A stretch of 20,000 nt of DNA, from assembly GCA_023231475.1 (NCBI GenBank), contig JALJEE010002620.1, positions 54,455 through 74,454 of the forward strand, read 5' to 3'. This document shows positions 1 to 11,172 of the stretch, piece by piece (position 1 is the stretch's first letter; the number at the start of each line of letters is the position of its first letter). The notes below the pieces were generated by a model, which saw only the letters and a program-made list of their open reading frames with translations, was not told the origin of the DNA and made no database searches. The stretch is from Seison nebaliae (lineage: Eukaryota). Both the position numbers and the translations under genes were made by a program.

Positions 1-2
1 GT

Positions 3-1642
3 TCCCGAACGTCATGTCTCAATAATGGTCAATGTATTTTCAATTCAGAAGTTCACTATTTCCAATGTCAATGTATTCGACCGTATTATGGTGATAATTG
101 TGAGAAATTTTTCACCGTCTGTGATGCAAATCAATGTCTCAATGGAGGTGTTTGTAGAATTGTCGATACAACTAATTTTGCATGTGAATGTGTCCACGGA
201 TTTAGTGGCGAACGTTGTGCAATTCCACCCAATTTATGTCGTTCTCATATTTGTCAAAATAACGGCGAATGTCAAATGGTGAGTGCGGCGGATATCGTTT
301 GTAAATGTCTACCACGATTCACCGGTAAATTTTGCGAAACGAGAGTGTCAATTTGTCAAACGATAATTTGTTTGAATGGAGGAACATGTGAAGAAATCTA
401 TAATGATGATTTTCATTGTTCTTGTCCATCAGGATTCTTCGGGAAATTATGTGAACAACTTGATATTTGTTCTACAAATCCTTGTCAAAATAATGGAATA
501 TGTCAATTGACAAGTGAGAATAACGACCATTATTCATGTCGTTGTTTACCAGTTTATTATGGGAAGAATTGCGAAGAACGAATAAGTCCGTGTATGAAAG
601 GTTTATGTAAGAATGGTGGAAGTTGTGTAATTGTGGCAGAAAGTAAATTCAAATGTGAATGTCAATCAGATTTTGAAGGAACATTCTGTGAAGTAGTAAT
701 TGGTTGCCAAACAAATCCTTGTTTGAATAAAGGCAAATGTACGAAACATTCTCATTTCGATTTATATAGATGTGAATGTCCGATAAACTTCCAGGGTAGA
801 AGATGTGAACATCATCTCGATCATTGTTCATCAACTGTGTGCTTTAACGGAGGACGTTGTGGTCAGTATTCGAGAAATGGACAGATAATTATTTATTGTG
901 AATGTCTACCCAATTTCGGTGGGCAACATTGTGAAAGAGATGAGAGTTGTTTAGTAAATAATTGTGCGAATGGAGGAAGTTGTGTTGAAACACCGACATC
1001 TTTCGGCTTTATTTGTTTATGTCCATTGGAATTCTTTGGAAAAGCTTGTCAATATAAACGAGATCAATGTCCAAATAATCCTTGTAAAAATAATGCACAT
1101 TGCTACTTTACTAACGGAAGAATTCACTGCAAATGCTCCAACGGATATTATGGATTATATTGTCAACATTTTAAAAAGGTATGTGATATTAAGGAAGAAC
1201 AAACATTCGTTATCGCTTCAGTAAATCTCAATTATTACAAACATACATCTTCCAAATTCGTAAGTTTCTTTGTTCATGATGAGAATCCATTTAATCGGCG
1301 CAACTGTCAATTTAATTACACTCCTCAAAGGTTCATTTAGATATTAACACTTGAAAACTCTTTAATAATCTTAACAAATATTATTCTAGTTGTGATGACC
1401 GATTTTGTAGCATGAACGGGAAATGTTATTTATGTGCAAATGGAAATTATCGTTGTGATTGTAATAAATTCTTCGAGGGTAAAACATGCAATGTACGTCG
1501 GAAACATTCAATCGGGAAATTTGTAACTAAAATCGAAACCGACTCATTGACTTTATTAAGTACAACTGGCACTCGGAGAGATTTCTTCATCTATGAAACC
1601 GATTATATAATAACATCGAAAGATAATCTGTGTTATGTTTAA
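3..1642 (+). CDS. Multi-EGF-repeat extracellular protein (Notch/Delta/Crumbs/fibropellin-like EGF array), 5'-partial; exons <3-1330 and 1390-1642
   Basis: Frame 3 is open from position 3 (SRTSCLNNGQC...) through the 276-1340 ORF and carries 10 tandem EGF motifs (CxNxGxC...CxCxxxF/YxGxxC; the first is cut by the window edge). A 59-nt intron at 1331-1389 (GTTCAT...TTCTAG) joins an 11th EGF (CDDRFCSMNGKC...FEGKTC). O-fucose-type C2-x4-S/T-C3 sites are present (CLNGGTC, CKNGGSC, CANGGSC). No ankyrin or LNR domains are seen, so no symbol is given. Confidence 0.85.
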
Positions 1643-2238
1643 AATAAATTATGCGATTAAAATTCTATATTCACTTCTATAAAACTTTGAATGAAATTTT
1701 GCTTGGCGACTAAAAAATTGAAAATATTTGTCTTATAGTTTTTATTATTTGTATAATTTATGTTTGTGTAACTCTGTATATGACCGTAAAACAAGAATAA
1801 TTACAACTTTAACAGTCCATATTAATCATGTACTAATTCTCTGTTTTCCCATTCACATATCTATTATTTGTTCTGGTCATGTTTTTTTAATGTGAAATTA
1901 TTGCTGTATCTATTAACCCAAAAATCCTTTATTTTAAATGTTCTCAAAGGAACCAGATGATTTAATTATGTTTAATAATTCTTCTCATCGTTCATATCTA
2001 CCGATAGATCGCACCTACACATTCTATGACAATTGTTCATCTTTTTTTCAACCACTTGTTAGTTTTTTACATTTTTCACTAATTACGCTAACAATCATAA
2101 CATTGTAAGAGTAATATCATAAAAAGCATATATTCTTGGAGTATTTTTTCTCCTTTATCCAATGATGTCCATTACGCTATGTGTGATGAAATATAATAAA
2201 ACTGGGATCAGTAATATAACATGTGAGGTATAGCTATA

Positions 2239-2446
2239 CAGTATGTTCGATTGATTCTCGGACATCGGCATTTAGATCTTATTATACATTACTAATTTTT
2301 GATTTTTATGCAACTTGATTGATAATTATTCATTGTGTGGATTATTCATCACATAATAGATGAACTAAAAAATTCACAAAATAACTTTTCTCAACGATGA
2401 ATTTTACCCAAAATTCTCCAAAATTCCAAATCAATCGAACATACTG
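2239..2446. mobile_element. Non-autonomous MITE, Tc1/mariner (possibly pogo-like) superfamily, 208 bp
   Basis: Perfect 18-bp terminal inverted repeats CAGTATGTTCGATTGATT (2239-2256) and AATCAATCGAACATACTG (2429-2446), flanked by TA at 2237-2238 and 2447-2448; AT-rich non-coding interior. Confidence 0.75.
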
Positions 2447-2946
2447 TATGTGTACATATTAGCTACATGACCGACATTTTATATTCACTGTCATCGTCAG
2501 ATATTATGATCTATCAAGTAATATTTGTGTTCATAATTCTTAAGATTTCATATTCTCCTTCGATCCTTCATCTACAATACTGATTATCCGAGAGTTCTTC
2601 GATTGACTATATTTGTCATTGACAACGAACACGACCGCAATTTTGTCTAACTCATTTTAAAACACTCCGAGAGAAATTTTAATAACTAATAATAATAAAA
2701 TTCACAATTTAAAACATTGAAATTATTTTCCTGACTTTCATCGATTTTTGATAAATTTTAAGGAAAAAATATTATTAATTTTCCTTTTTTCTATAGGAAA
2801 CCGATTAATTAACATAAAAGTTTAGTTTAAATGAAAATGAGAAAAATAAATAATAGGAAGAATAATAAACTTTTAATATTTTCCACAAATCTTATTCTGT
2901 GAATGAGGAAGAAATGGAATCGATGAATCAAATCATTTAATTGGAA

Positions 2947-5900
2947 ATGAAGAAAATAAAATACAAGAAATGTTTGAAAGTTGAGAAGGAGAATGGGAAT
3001 ACTTTAAATTTGTCGAATGTGATCGGATGTTCCATCACTTATCTTCATGGAAGTAACAACCATTACGCTTATATTGCTGGTGCGACAGTTGTGGTGTACG
3101 ATTTGAAGAGGAATCGGAATCGATATTTTATTTCGAAACTCTCCAAAGCAATATGCTGTACTGCTATCTCTCCAAACGAGAAATTGTTAGCAGCTTCTCA
3201 TAGTGGTCGTCCATCACATATCATTGTCTGGTCAATGAATGATCAAAAGATAACGAGTGAAATGTTTAACGAGAATATATTCGGAATTAATCGTTTAATA
3301 TTTGATAGTTCATCAAAATATCTAATTAGTTTGAGTAATGTAAATAATCGATCCGTTCGACTTTGGGATATTAAGAGAAGAGAAATTTTATCGTCTTGTA
3401 ATATTTTATGGAATGTAAATGATATTGATATTAATTCAAATAATCAATATTTTATCGCTGTCGGTATTGGACAGGTGAGATATTGGAAATTGAATTTTAA
3501 TAATAAAAATTTGATATGTTCAGGATCGTCGATAAATATGCATCATTATCGAATGAAGAATTTCATTGGAATCGCTTGTGGGAAAGGATTACAAAATGAA
3601 AATAGTTATGTGATTAGTAGTTGTGGGAAAGTATTCAAAATTGACAAGACATTTCAATTGGCTTGTGTCATTCAATTGCGCAGTAAACATGCATTCTCTA
3701 TTCAAACGAATGACGATTATGTTGTTGTTGGTGGAGATGAAGGAGAAATTTATTTATTAAACATTATCGATTTGGATTATATTCGATCCATTTTCAAACC
3801 ATCAACAATGACGTTACCTGTACATATGGATTCGATGAGTGGGGGAAATAGTTTGTCGAAAATATTCTCCTCAAATCAATCGATGATGTTCGATGGGAGA
3901 ATGAATGAATCGATTTTGAGAATGAAAATCAATTCGCAAATGATGACGCTCAATAAATTAATTAATAAAGATCGGAAACGATCGATGTTTACGGTGAAAG
4001 CGTCCGTCGTCGGTCTAGTCATTCATGAGGAGATGTCAACATTAACATGTATTTATAACGATAATTCGATATATTCATGGAATATTTCTTCACAAACTCC
4101 GTTTTGTGTTGGAGAACGTTTGTTCCATTCGAACGGTATTTGGGGAATGGAATCGATTGATAATAATAATCGATCATTAATCGTTGAATGTCTCAATGAT
4201 CAATGTCAACATTTAATTAGTTGTTCTGATGATTTAACAATTCGATTATGGCATCAAGATGGAATAAATCATAAAATGAATAATTTCAAAGAGAATAATT
4301 ACAATCATTTATCACCATATACCCAAACAACAACAACAACAACAACAAATAATTCGATTATGTCATTATCATTAGATTCATATCAATCCAATAGATTGAT
4401 AATAAATCCACCATCAGAACCATCAGAAAATCATCATCATCAAAAACAACAACAACAATCAAATCGAGATAGTCCAATAAAATTATTGACGTCCATTTGT
4501 ATCGATACCACACAATTGATGACACAACAAATATCATCGTCACAACAAATTAATGGAATTCGATGTTTGAAATTCTCTTCACGTCTTCGACATTTAGCCG
4601 TTGGATATTTGAATGGAATGATCGGAATTTTTTGTATCGATACATTCGAACAGAAATTCTTATTAGAAGACGTTCATGAACAAGAAGTGCTCTCTATTGA
4701 TTATAGTGACGTAATTCATCAGAATACACTTTTATTCGTCTCATCATCACGAGATCGTCAAATTCATATATCGAATGCGATGAAACAATATCAATTAATT
4801 CAATCCATCACTGATTATTCTTCACCGACCAACATCCTCCAATTCTTCTCGTTAAATCAATTAATTGATATCTCTCTATTGAGCAACAACAACAACAACA
4901 ATAACAACAACAACGTTAATAATATTGAAAATTTATTTCGTAATCGAACCAGATCATCAAGTCGTGAGATGTCCACGAAAATTTTATCAACAACAGAATC
5001 ATCATCATCGATACCAAAATCATGTAATAATTTTGTACATCAATCCAATTTTCTAATTTGTTGCGGTTGGGGTAAATCGTTAAATATCCGTCAAATGAAA
5101 ATTGATGAAAATGAAAATATCAGTTTTGAAGTTTATCGAAATATTATCGAGAAATATTCCATGAACACTTTCTGCACCGACCAAATAACGAACCATATCT
5201 ATATCGGAAGTCAAGACGGTTTCCTTCGAATTTACGATATCGTTTCAGGTCGACAAATTAAAAGTTTTCGTATAACATCAACCGATGGCGATGTAATGCA
5301 ACGAATCGTCGTCAATCATATGGCGACAATAATTGCTGTAGCAACATCGAATAAAATTATAAAACTTTTCGATTTGAATTCTTCAAAATTCATTTCACAA
5401 ATTCACGGACATTCCCAACGAATCACATCTCTCAAATTTGTCCATGAAAGAAATAAATTAATTTCATCTTCTTTAGATGGAACTATTTTCTGTTGGAATC
5501 TTCCAACAAATTTTCAAAATAATTCGAAAAATTTTTCCACAAATTCTCTCGCCAAATCTATCAGTATCAGTAACGGTCTTTCAAATAAATCACTCACCGA
5601 TTCCATTTATGAATCGATGTCGGAAATTAATGAAACAATCGTTGGAGGAGAAAATATTCCTGATATTATTACGACAACTAATCTCCATCAAAATCAGATC
5701 GAACGCCAAAAAAAACCATTATTTACATCAACCAAAAAATCATTTAATCAAACTTCTTCTTTGCTACCAATGAAATCATCAACTTTATCTGACAATGAAA
5801 CACATCGTCAGAAAGGTAGTCGCGAATGGGCAATTAGTCCCAAACATAACTATTGGAATGAATTACATTCACCTTCTAAAAAACAAGATGTCGATGTCAT

Positions 5901-6015
5901 CCAATTAGCTACACAATTACGAGATCATCTATCGGTAAAGAAAATTGATGACAAAGAAATTAAATATCATCTAAATATCATTTTACAAGAAATCAAGACT
6001 CAACTCAATATTTAA
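2947..6015 (+). CDS. WDR62: WD40-repeat protein of the WDR62/MAPKBP1 family, single exon (~1022 aa)
   Basis: Collinear family motifs: AYIAGATVVVYD, AISPNEKLLA, HSNGIWGME, ISCSDDLTIRLW, GIRCLKFS...HLAVG, VHEQEVLSIDYS, VSSSRDRQIHI, HGHSQRITSLKF...KLISSSLDGTIFCWNL. First in-frame ATG is at 2947 (the ORF track starts at TTG 2941). Confidence 0.85.
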   Translation: MKKIKYKKCLKVEKENGNTLNLSNVIGCSITYLHGSNNHYAYIAGATVVVYDLKRNRNRYFISKLSKAICCTAISPNEKLLAASHSGRPSHIIVWSMNDQKITSEMFNENIFGINRLIFDSSSKYLISLSNVNNRSVRLWDIKRREILSSCNILWNVNDIDINSNNQYFIAVGIGQVRYWKLNFNNKNLICSGSSINMHHYRMKNFIGIACGKGLQNENSYVISSCGKVFKIDKTFQLACVIQLRSKHAFSIQTNDDYVVVGGDEGEIYLLNIIDLDYIRSIFKPSTMTLPVHMDSMSGGNSLSKIFSSNQSMMFDGRMNESILRMKINSQMMTLNKLINKDRKRSMFTVKASVVGLVIHEEMSTLTCIYNDNSIYSWNISSQTPFCVGERLFHSNGIWGMESIDNNNRSLIVECLNDQCQHLISCSDDLTIRLWHQDGINHKMNNFKENNYNHLSPYTQTTTTTTTNNSIMSLSLDSYQSNRLIINPPSEPSENHHHQKQQQQSNRDSPIKLLTSICIDTTQLMTQQISSSQQINGIRCLKFSSRLRHLAVGYLNGMIGIFCIDTFEQKFLLEDVHEQEVLSIDYSDVIHQNTLLFVSSSRDRQIHISNAMKQYQLIQSITDYSSPTNILQFFSLNQLIDISLLSNNNNNNNNNNVNNIENLFRNRTRSSSREMSTKILSTTESSSSIPKSCNNFVHQSNFLICCGWGKSLNIRQMKIDENENISFEVYRNIIEKYSMNTFCTDQITNHIYIGSQDGFLRIYDIVSGRQIKSFRITSTDGDVMQRIVVNHMATIIAVATSNKIIKLFDLNSSKFISQIHGHSQRITSLKFVHERNKLISSSLDGTIFCWNLPTNFQNNSKNFSTNSLAKSISISNGLSNKSLTDSIYESMSEINETIVGGENIPDIITTTNLHQNQIERQKKPLFTSTKKSFNQTSSLLPMKSSTLSDNETHRQKGSREWAISPKHNYWNELHSPSKKQDVDVIQLATQLRDHLSVKKIDDKEIKYHLNIILQEIKTQLNI
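4327..4914 (+). repeat. (CAA)n-class microsatellites inside the WDR62-like CDS (poly-T 4327-4347, poly-Q ~4447-4458, poly-N 4885-4914)
   Basis: ACA, CAA and AAC runs are directly visible and translate as TTTTTTT, QQQQ and NNNNNNNNNN. Confidence 0.85.
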
Positions 6016-8555
6016 TTTTCGTTCTCTTCTAATTTATTTCTGTACTTGTATATTTTCCTTTTGTCGCTTCATATTATTTTCCTTGCAAATTATCTCATAT
6101 TTAAGAATTTTTGAAATTCTTTAAGAAATTTAGAATTCTCAACTTTAAATGTTGTATTTCCAATCCCAATAAACAGTGAAAAAAGAACCGCAAAAATATT
6201 CATGTTTTATATCAAATATTTAGTACATAAAAAAAAGAATGAAAACATCGGAATTAGTTGGTGATTCTAACATTGTAATGTCGATGTTCAGATGGTAAAT
6301 CATAAGAACTTATGAAATTAAAATTTTGTCAAAAATTTCTCTACCAGAAAAACCACGAAAAAGTGAAACTTATTTATTTAAACTAATCAACACTAACATA
6401 ACAAAACATATTGTAAAAGAAGTTGGATAAAAATAATTGGTTCATGTAGTAGTAAAAAATTGTAAGTGAAAATAATTTTCAAATTTTTATTACAGTATCT
6501 TTGAGATACGAAATAGAGTAGAAGATACTCTAAAAATATGACGTCAAGCACGGCAATAAAGACACATTGAAAATAAAACACGATTGTACGACATGTGGCA
6601 GTTGATCCACGCGGCAGTCGAAATTTTTCAACTTTTTTTTTAAACCTCATTTTCTATCAGAAATATTTAACTTACCATTTTAAATTTAATATATTTAGAA
6701 AGAGCTCGAAATGCTCTACAACACAGTTATTTCTACTTTTCATTTTATTCTAAAAATCTAATCATAATTAAGAGTTTTTTAGTTAAACATATTTTAAAAA
6801 ATCAATTTTTCATAAGACTTTAAGTTTGAAGTTCAAACTTGGTCTTATGGGTCTTATGTGGTTCTTATATTGGTTCGATTTTCTTGACATTTTTGTTATA
6901 ACTTTAGACCATCCTTCTGATGTATTTTTAAAAACAAAATGAAGTAAATCCGTTCATTTTGAAAATATGGACGAAATCCCCACCAGACATTTTCCTTATT
7001 TTTTGTGAAAACGGACAAACAGGATAAAGAGAAAAACGATCATGGACATGTACATTTTTTCATTCTATAATTCCGTTGGTGTAATAGGACTTTGTAGTAC
7101 TCTTATTCGAATTGTTTTTGTGGTTAGGCAAAATTCCCAAAATTACAAAGAATTCCTACTAAATTTACAGAAATAACTGATAATTTAGGTCATTCCATGA
7201 TATTTTCTGATGATAGTGGAAAATTCTGTTCATTCTAATATCTTGTTTATATATTTATTATGTCTGATTGTTACAATTTTAATGATGTTATTGATTATAT
7301 TAATGACATTATGCAATCTTATGTACAGTATCCATTATAGTTGTATGAACATTTTTTGTATAATTCCAGTCTAAAAAAGTCAACGGGAAAATCTCTCTTT
7401 TATATCTTGCTATTGTTCCAAATGACTAATTGATTAAAATTATTGAAACAACTTCTGAAAAATCGATATGCAGTTCAACATTTTCGATGTAAATATTTTT
7501 CAATTATAATTTACTTATCATGTATTATTACCATGATTTCCTTGTCATATATACAGAAATCATCATTACTAACCATTCCCTGGTAAGTTTCCATTCTGTT
7601 TGGCTGGTATTTATGTTGGCATTTATGTTCTCTCTGAGCAAACAAGCACTTAACCTTCACATCTTCTTCTCTTTAAACGGCATTTAAATATTATCAGTTC
7701 GATCTCAGACTCTGACATATTTCCTCCACCATATTCTTAATAGGAAAGATTAGCGTCAATGAATTTGTTTCAGTTCTTATTGAGTAACATAAGAGAATAT
7801 ATTTCAAATTTATATATCTCGGTTTATCCTAATGATTCTGTTCTAATTAGCGATCAATTACTCTTGCCGGAATTTTTCTCAAACTATTCTTAATTCAGAA
7901 ATTGAACATACTAATTGACAAGAATGACAGTTGTTCAATTTCATATTATTGCTCTGAGCAATAATTACCATTGTTTACTACTGTAATATGAACAATTTGT
8001 TCATATATGTTTGCTGATTAATTTTTTGCACAATTTCGATATATTTCAGAAAGTAGAAACAGAAAAAGAAGAATAAGGATATTAATCCTTTCTCATAAGA
8101 TAATTAAATCCTGTGTCAATGTTTTTTCTTTTCGAATATGAAACATAAATTTAATTTTGTAACTTAACAGATGAAAATGATTAGAAGTTTCATTACAAAA
8201 TTTATGGTCGACATAATATTGTGTGTATTGAATGCAAACATAGGTTATGGGAACCTAAACTTCAGGCACCATATTATTTCTAAGACTGTGAATGCATTAA
8301 AGTTGAAAAACTGCTTGGAAAAACTTCTTTAATACCACTTAAAATATCAGTAGAATCATCATAAACAGCTAGCTAATTGTTGAGTTGGACATTTTTTTTT
8401 ATTTCTTTCGTTCTGTATAAACTTACACATTATTATACATTAAATCATACTACATTGTTATACAGTTAGATGGTAAGATTAGTCTTAAAGAGAGAATAGA
8501 ATGAAGTACAGGGTGTTTGCGATGTTCACTTTGGATGACGTCATATTGAGTATGA

Positions 8556-10931
8556 ATGATGTTGAAGAAAAATAATAACTATCAATTGAACGAATTAGAA
8601 ATAATGATACGTCGTAAACTTTCATCACTAGAATTCTATATTCTTCTGATTATTTTCTTCTATTTCATATTACTCCATTATAAATACCTCAACAAATTGG
8701 AACGGTCTGATGAACCAAAAAATAAAAAAATATTTGCGTTACGTACCACATCACGGGATCAACCATTCTTTCACAAAGAACATGAATTTCAAAAAAAAGA
8801 AATTGATTTAGCAACCAAATTTAAAGGAGAACAATTGAAGTTCCAATTTAATCAACAGGATGACCCCAAATCATTAGTCGAATATGATCGATCGATGTTG
8901 GGGAATTATGAGTCGGAATTATTCAAAACAGATTCTTCCGTTTTAGGTTTCCTTCATTATCCAAGAGAAGAAATATAATATAGCATTTAATAGGCCAAAA
9001 TGGAGTTGCTGTTGATGATCGACTAGTGGTTGATCAGAATGAAAAAGGAACATTACAAAGGAAATATGGTTTTAATATTGCACTCTCAAATAAAATACCA
9101 TTAAATCGGTCCATTATCGATAATCGACATTATACGTTTACATTATTTTTTTGAATTAATTTTACAAATGATCATTTAATTTTAGATGTAAATATTGGCA
9201 TTATCCACCCGTCGAACAATTACCAACCGCTTCAATTATCATCGTATTTTATAATGAAGGATTATCTGTCGTCCTGAGAACGATTCATTCAGCTTTACAA
9301 ACATCTCCTCCAGCACTCATCAAAGATGTAGTGTTATTTGATGATCATAGTGACGAAGGTTAATTTAAAATTATATTTCATTTTACATTATTTATATTTA
9401 GAATATATTACGAATGGAGACTTACAAAAATATTTGAATACTCATTTCGACAACAAAGTCATATTTCATCGAAATCATGAACGTCTCGGATTAATAAAAG
9501 TTTCATTTTTTGAATATAATTTAAAAGTTCTTTCTATTATTCTCATTTGGTATAGGCGAGAATTGAAGCAAGTAAATTATCAAAAGGAGATGTAATCGTC
9601 GTATTAGATGCTCATTGTGAATGTACGAAAAATTGGCTACCACCATTATTGGCTCGTATCGCTGAGAATCGGTTTAGATAGCATTATTATTATAATTACT
9701 TCATTACAAATAATTTAATTTTTCAGTAAAGTCTTAGCAATACCAATTGTGGATTCGATTAATTATAACGATTTCGCATATCATCCATATTATGCTAGTC
9801 ACAATGTCGGTATATGGGAATGGGGATTTCTTTATAAAGAAACTGAATTATCAAAAGAGAAAATTGAGAAATTATCCCAACATACAGCGCCATATCCGTT
9901 CGATTTTTTTTTTAAATTTTCAAAAATTTTAAGAATTAATTTATCAATTTTATTTGAATTTCAAATTTTCATTTTCACAGTTCACCAACACATGCCGGTG
10001 GATTATTGGCAATTGATCGAAAATGGTTCGAAGAGATTGGATATTATGACGAAGGAATCAGAGTGTGGGGTGGAGAACAATATGAATTATCGTTCAAAGT
10101 TTGGATGTGTGGTGGTCGAGTTGAATGGATTCCTTGTTCCCGAATTGGTCACATTTATCGTGGTCCAAGATCTCGTCATAGTGAAAGTGTGGGCAATTCG
10201 TTACCTCACCAATTGGAAAGAAATCATTTACGAGTTGCTAATGTTTGGATGGGTGAATCGATAAAATACTTTTACAGGAGATTTCCTTGGTTCAAAAAAT
10301 TGTCGATTGGAGATATCTCGAAACAATTGGAAGTGAAGGAACGATTGAAATGTAAGTCGTTCGATTGGTTCATGGAAGAAATAGGAAATATCGTTTTAAA
10401 TTCATTTCCATATCCTGCACCAGTATTAAGATGGGGAACTTTAGTAAATTATGATACAAAGAAATGCGTACAACCATATCGTAGTTATGGACAACCAGTT
10501 AACTTGAGATCATGCACTCCATCTATGGATCAAAATTTAGTTAGTCTTTTATTTACTCATGTCAGTTTATTGTTTTATTGTCAATTCCATAGTTTATGGT
10601 ATTGAATACTAGAGGAGAATTATCTCAATCAGAGAATTGTATAGTTGCAAATGATGAACAGGTCATCAATTCATTTTGCATCAAAGGAAAACTTTGGTCG
10701 ACAATCGGTGATTGGAAATGGATAAGTAATTCTTCTGAAGATTTCGATATTCAAGTACAAAAATCTGATGGCAAATCAGGAATTGACAATTTTGATTATC
10801 CATCAAACAACATCGGGAAAATGATGAATAATGGGAAATGTTTAGCTGATGTCAACGGCAAATTGAAACTAGTCAATTGTGCGGAATCGTCCAATAAAAT
10901 TTTATGGTTCTGGAGTGCACAATATTTATAA
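8556..10931 (+). CDS. GALNT7: Polypeptide N-acetylgalactosaminyltransferase, GALNT7/GALNT10 clade (most like GALNT7/pgant7), ~662 aa; exons 8556-8946, 8994-9135, 9186-9358, 9402-9499, 9556-9671, 9727-9897, 9981-10539, 10593-10931
   Basis: N-terminal type II membrane anchor ([14 protein letters not shown]), then [27 protein letters not shown]...[14 protein letters not shown], DxH motif [67 protein letters not shown] and a C-terminal ricin-type lectin region. Seven GT-AG introns (43-83 nt) restore one frame of 1989 nt. The start could instead be the downstream Met of MIRRK. Confidence 0.9.
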
Positions 10932-11172
10932 GAAAGGAAATTTATTGGAGAATTTTGTTATTGAGTAATTTTTATTTAAGTTTTTTTTTTGTTTTCATGA
11001 AATGAGGAGATCAGTTAATCAATTAAATATTAACGAAAAGTTTAATCATTTGATGATTTTCATTTGATTTAAAAGTAACCAAATCTGACAATATATGAGA
11101 AATTAATTTAAATAATTAATTAAAAAATAGAAATTAAGAAAGAAAATTTTTCAAAAATTAAAAATTCTTTTT

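Noticed and set aside
25..282. 85-aa plus-strand ORF, and the 964-1224 and 649-834 ORFs
   Set aside because: Alternative-frame or antisense shadows of the EGF coding frame, which is open from position 3.
3..1642. Calling the EGF gene Notch or Delta
   Set aside because: No LNR, ankyrin or DSL domain is visible and the 5' part lies outside the window.
6393..6650. 85-aa hydrophobic minus-strand ORF
   Set aside because: F/L/I/Y-rich composition is expected from AT-rich non-coding DNA; no motif recognised.
6640..8400. Possible decayed transposon fragments in the WDR62-GALNT intergenic region
   Set aside because: Some stretches look element-like, but I found no paired TIRs, target duplication or recognisable transposase/RT motif; needs RepeatModeler or Dfam.
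8507..8518. TACAGGGTGTTT, resembling a mariner/Tc3-type TIR start
   Set aside because: No matching inverted partner was found in the window.
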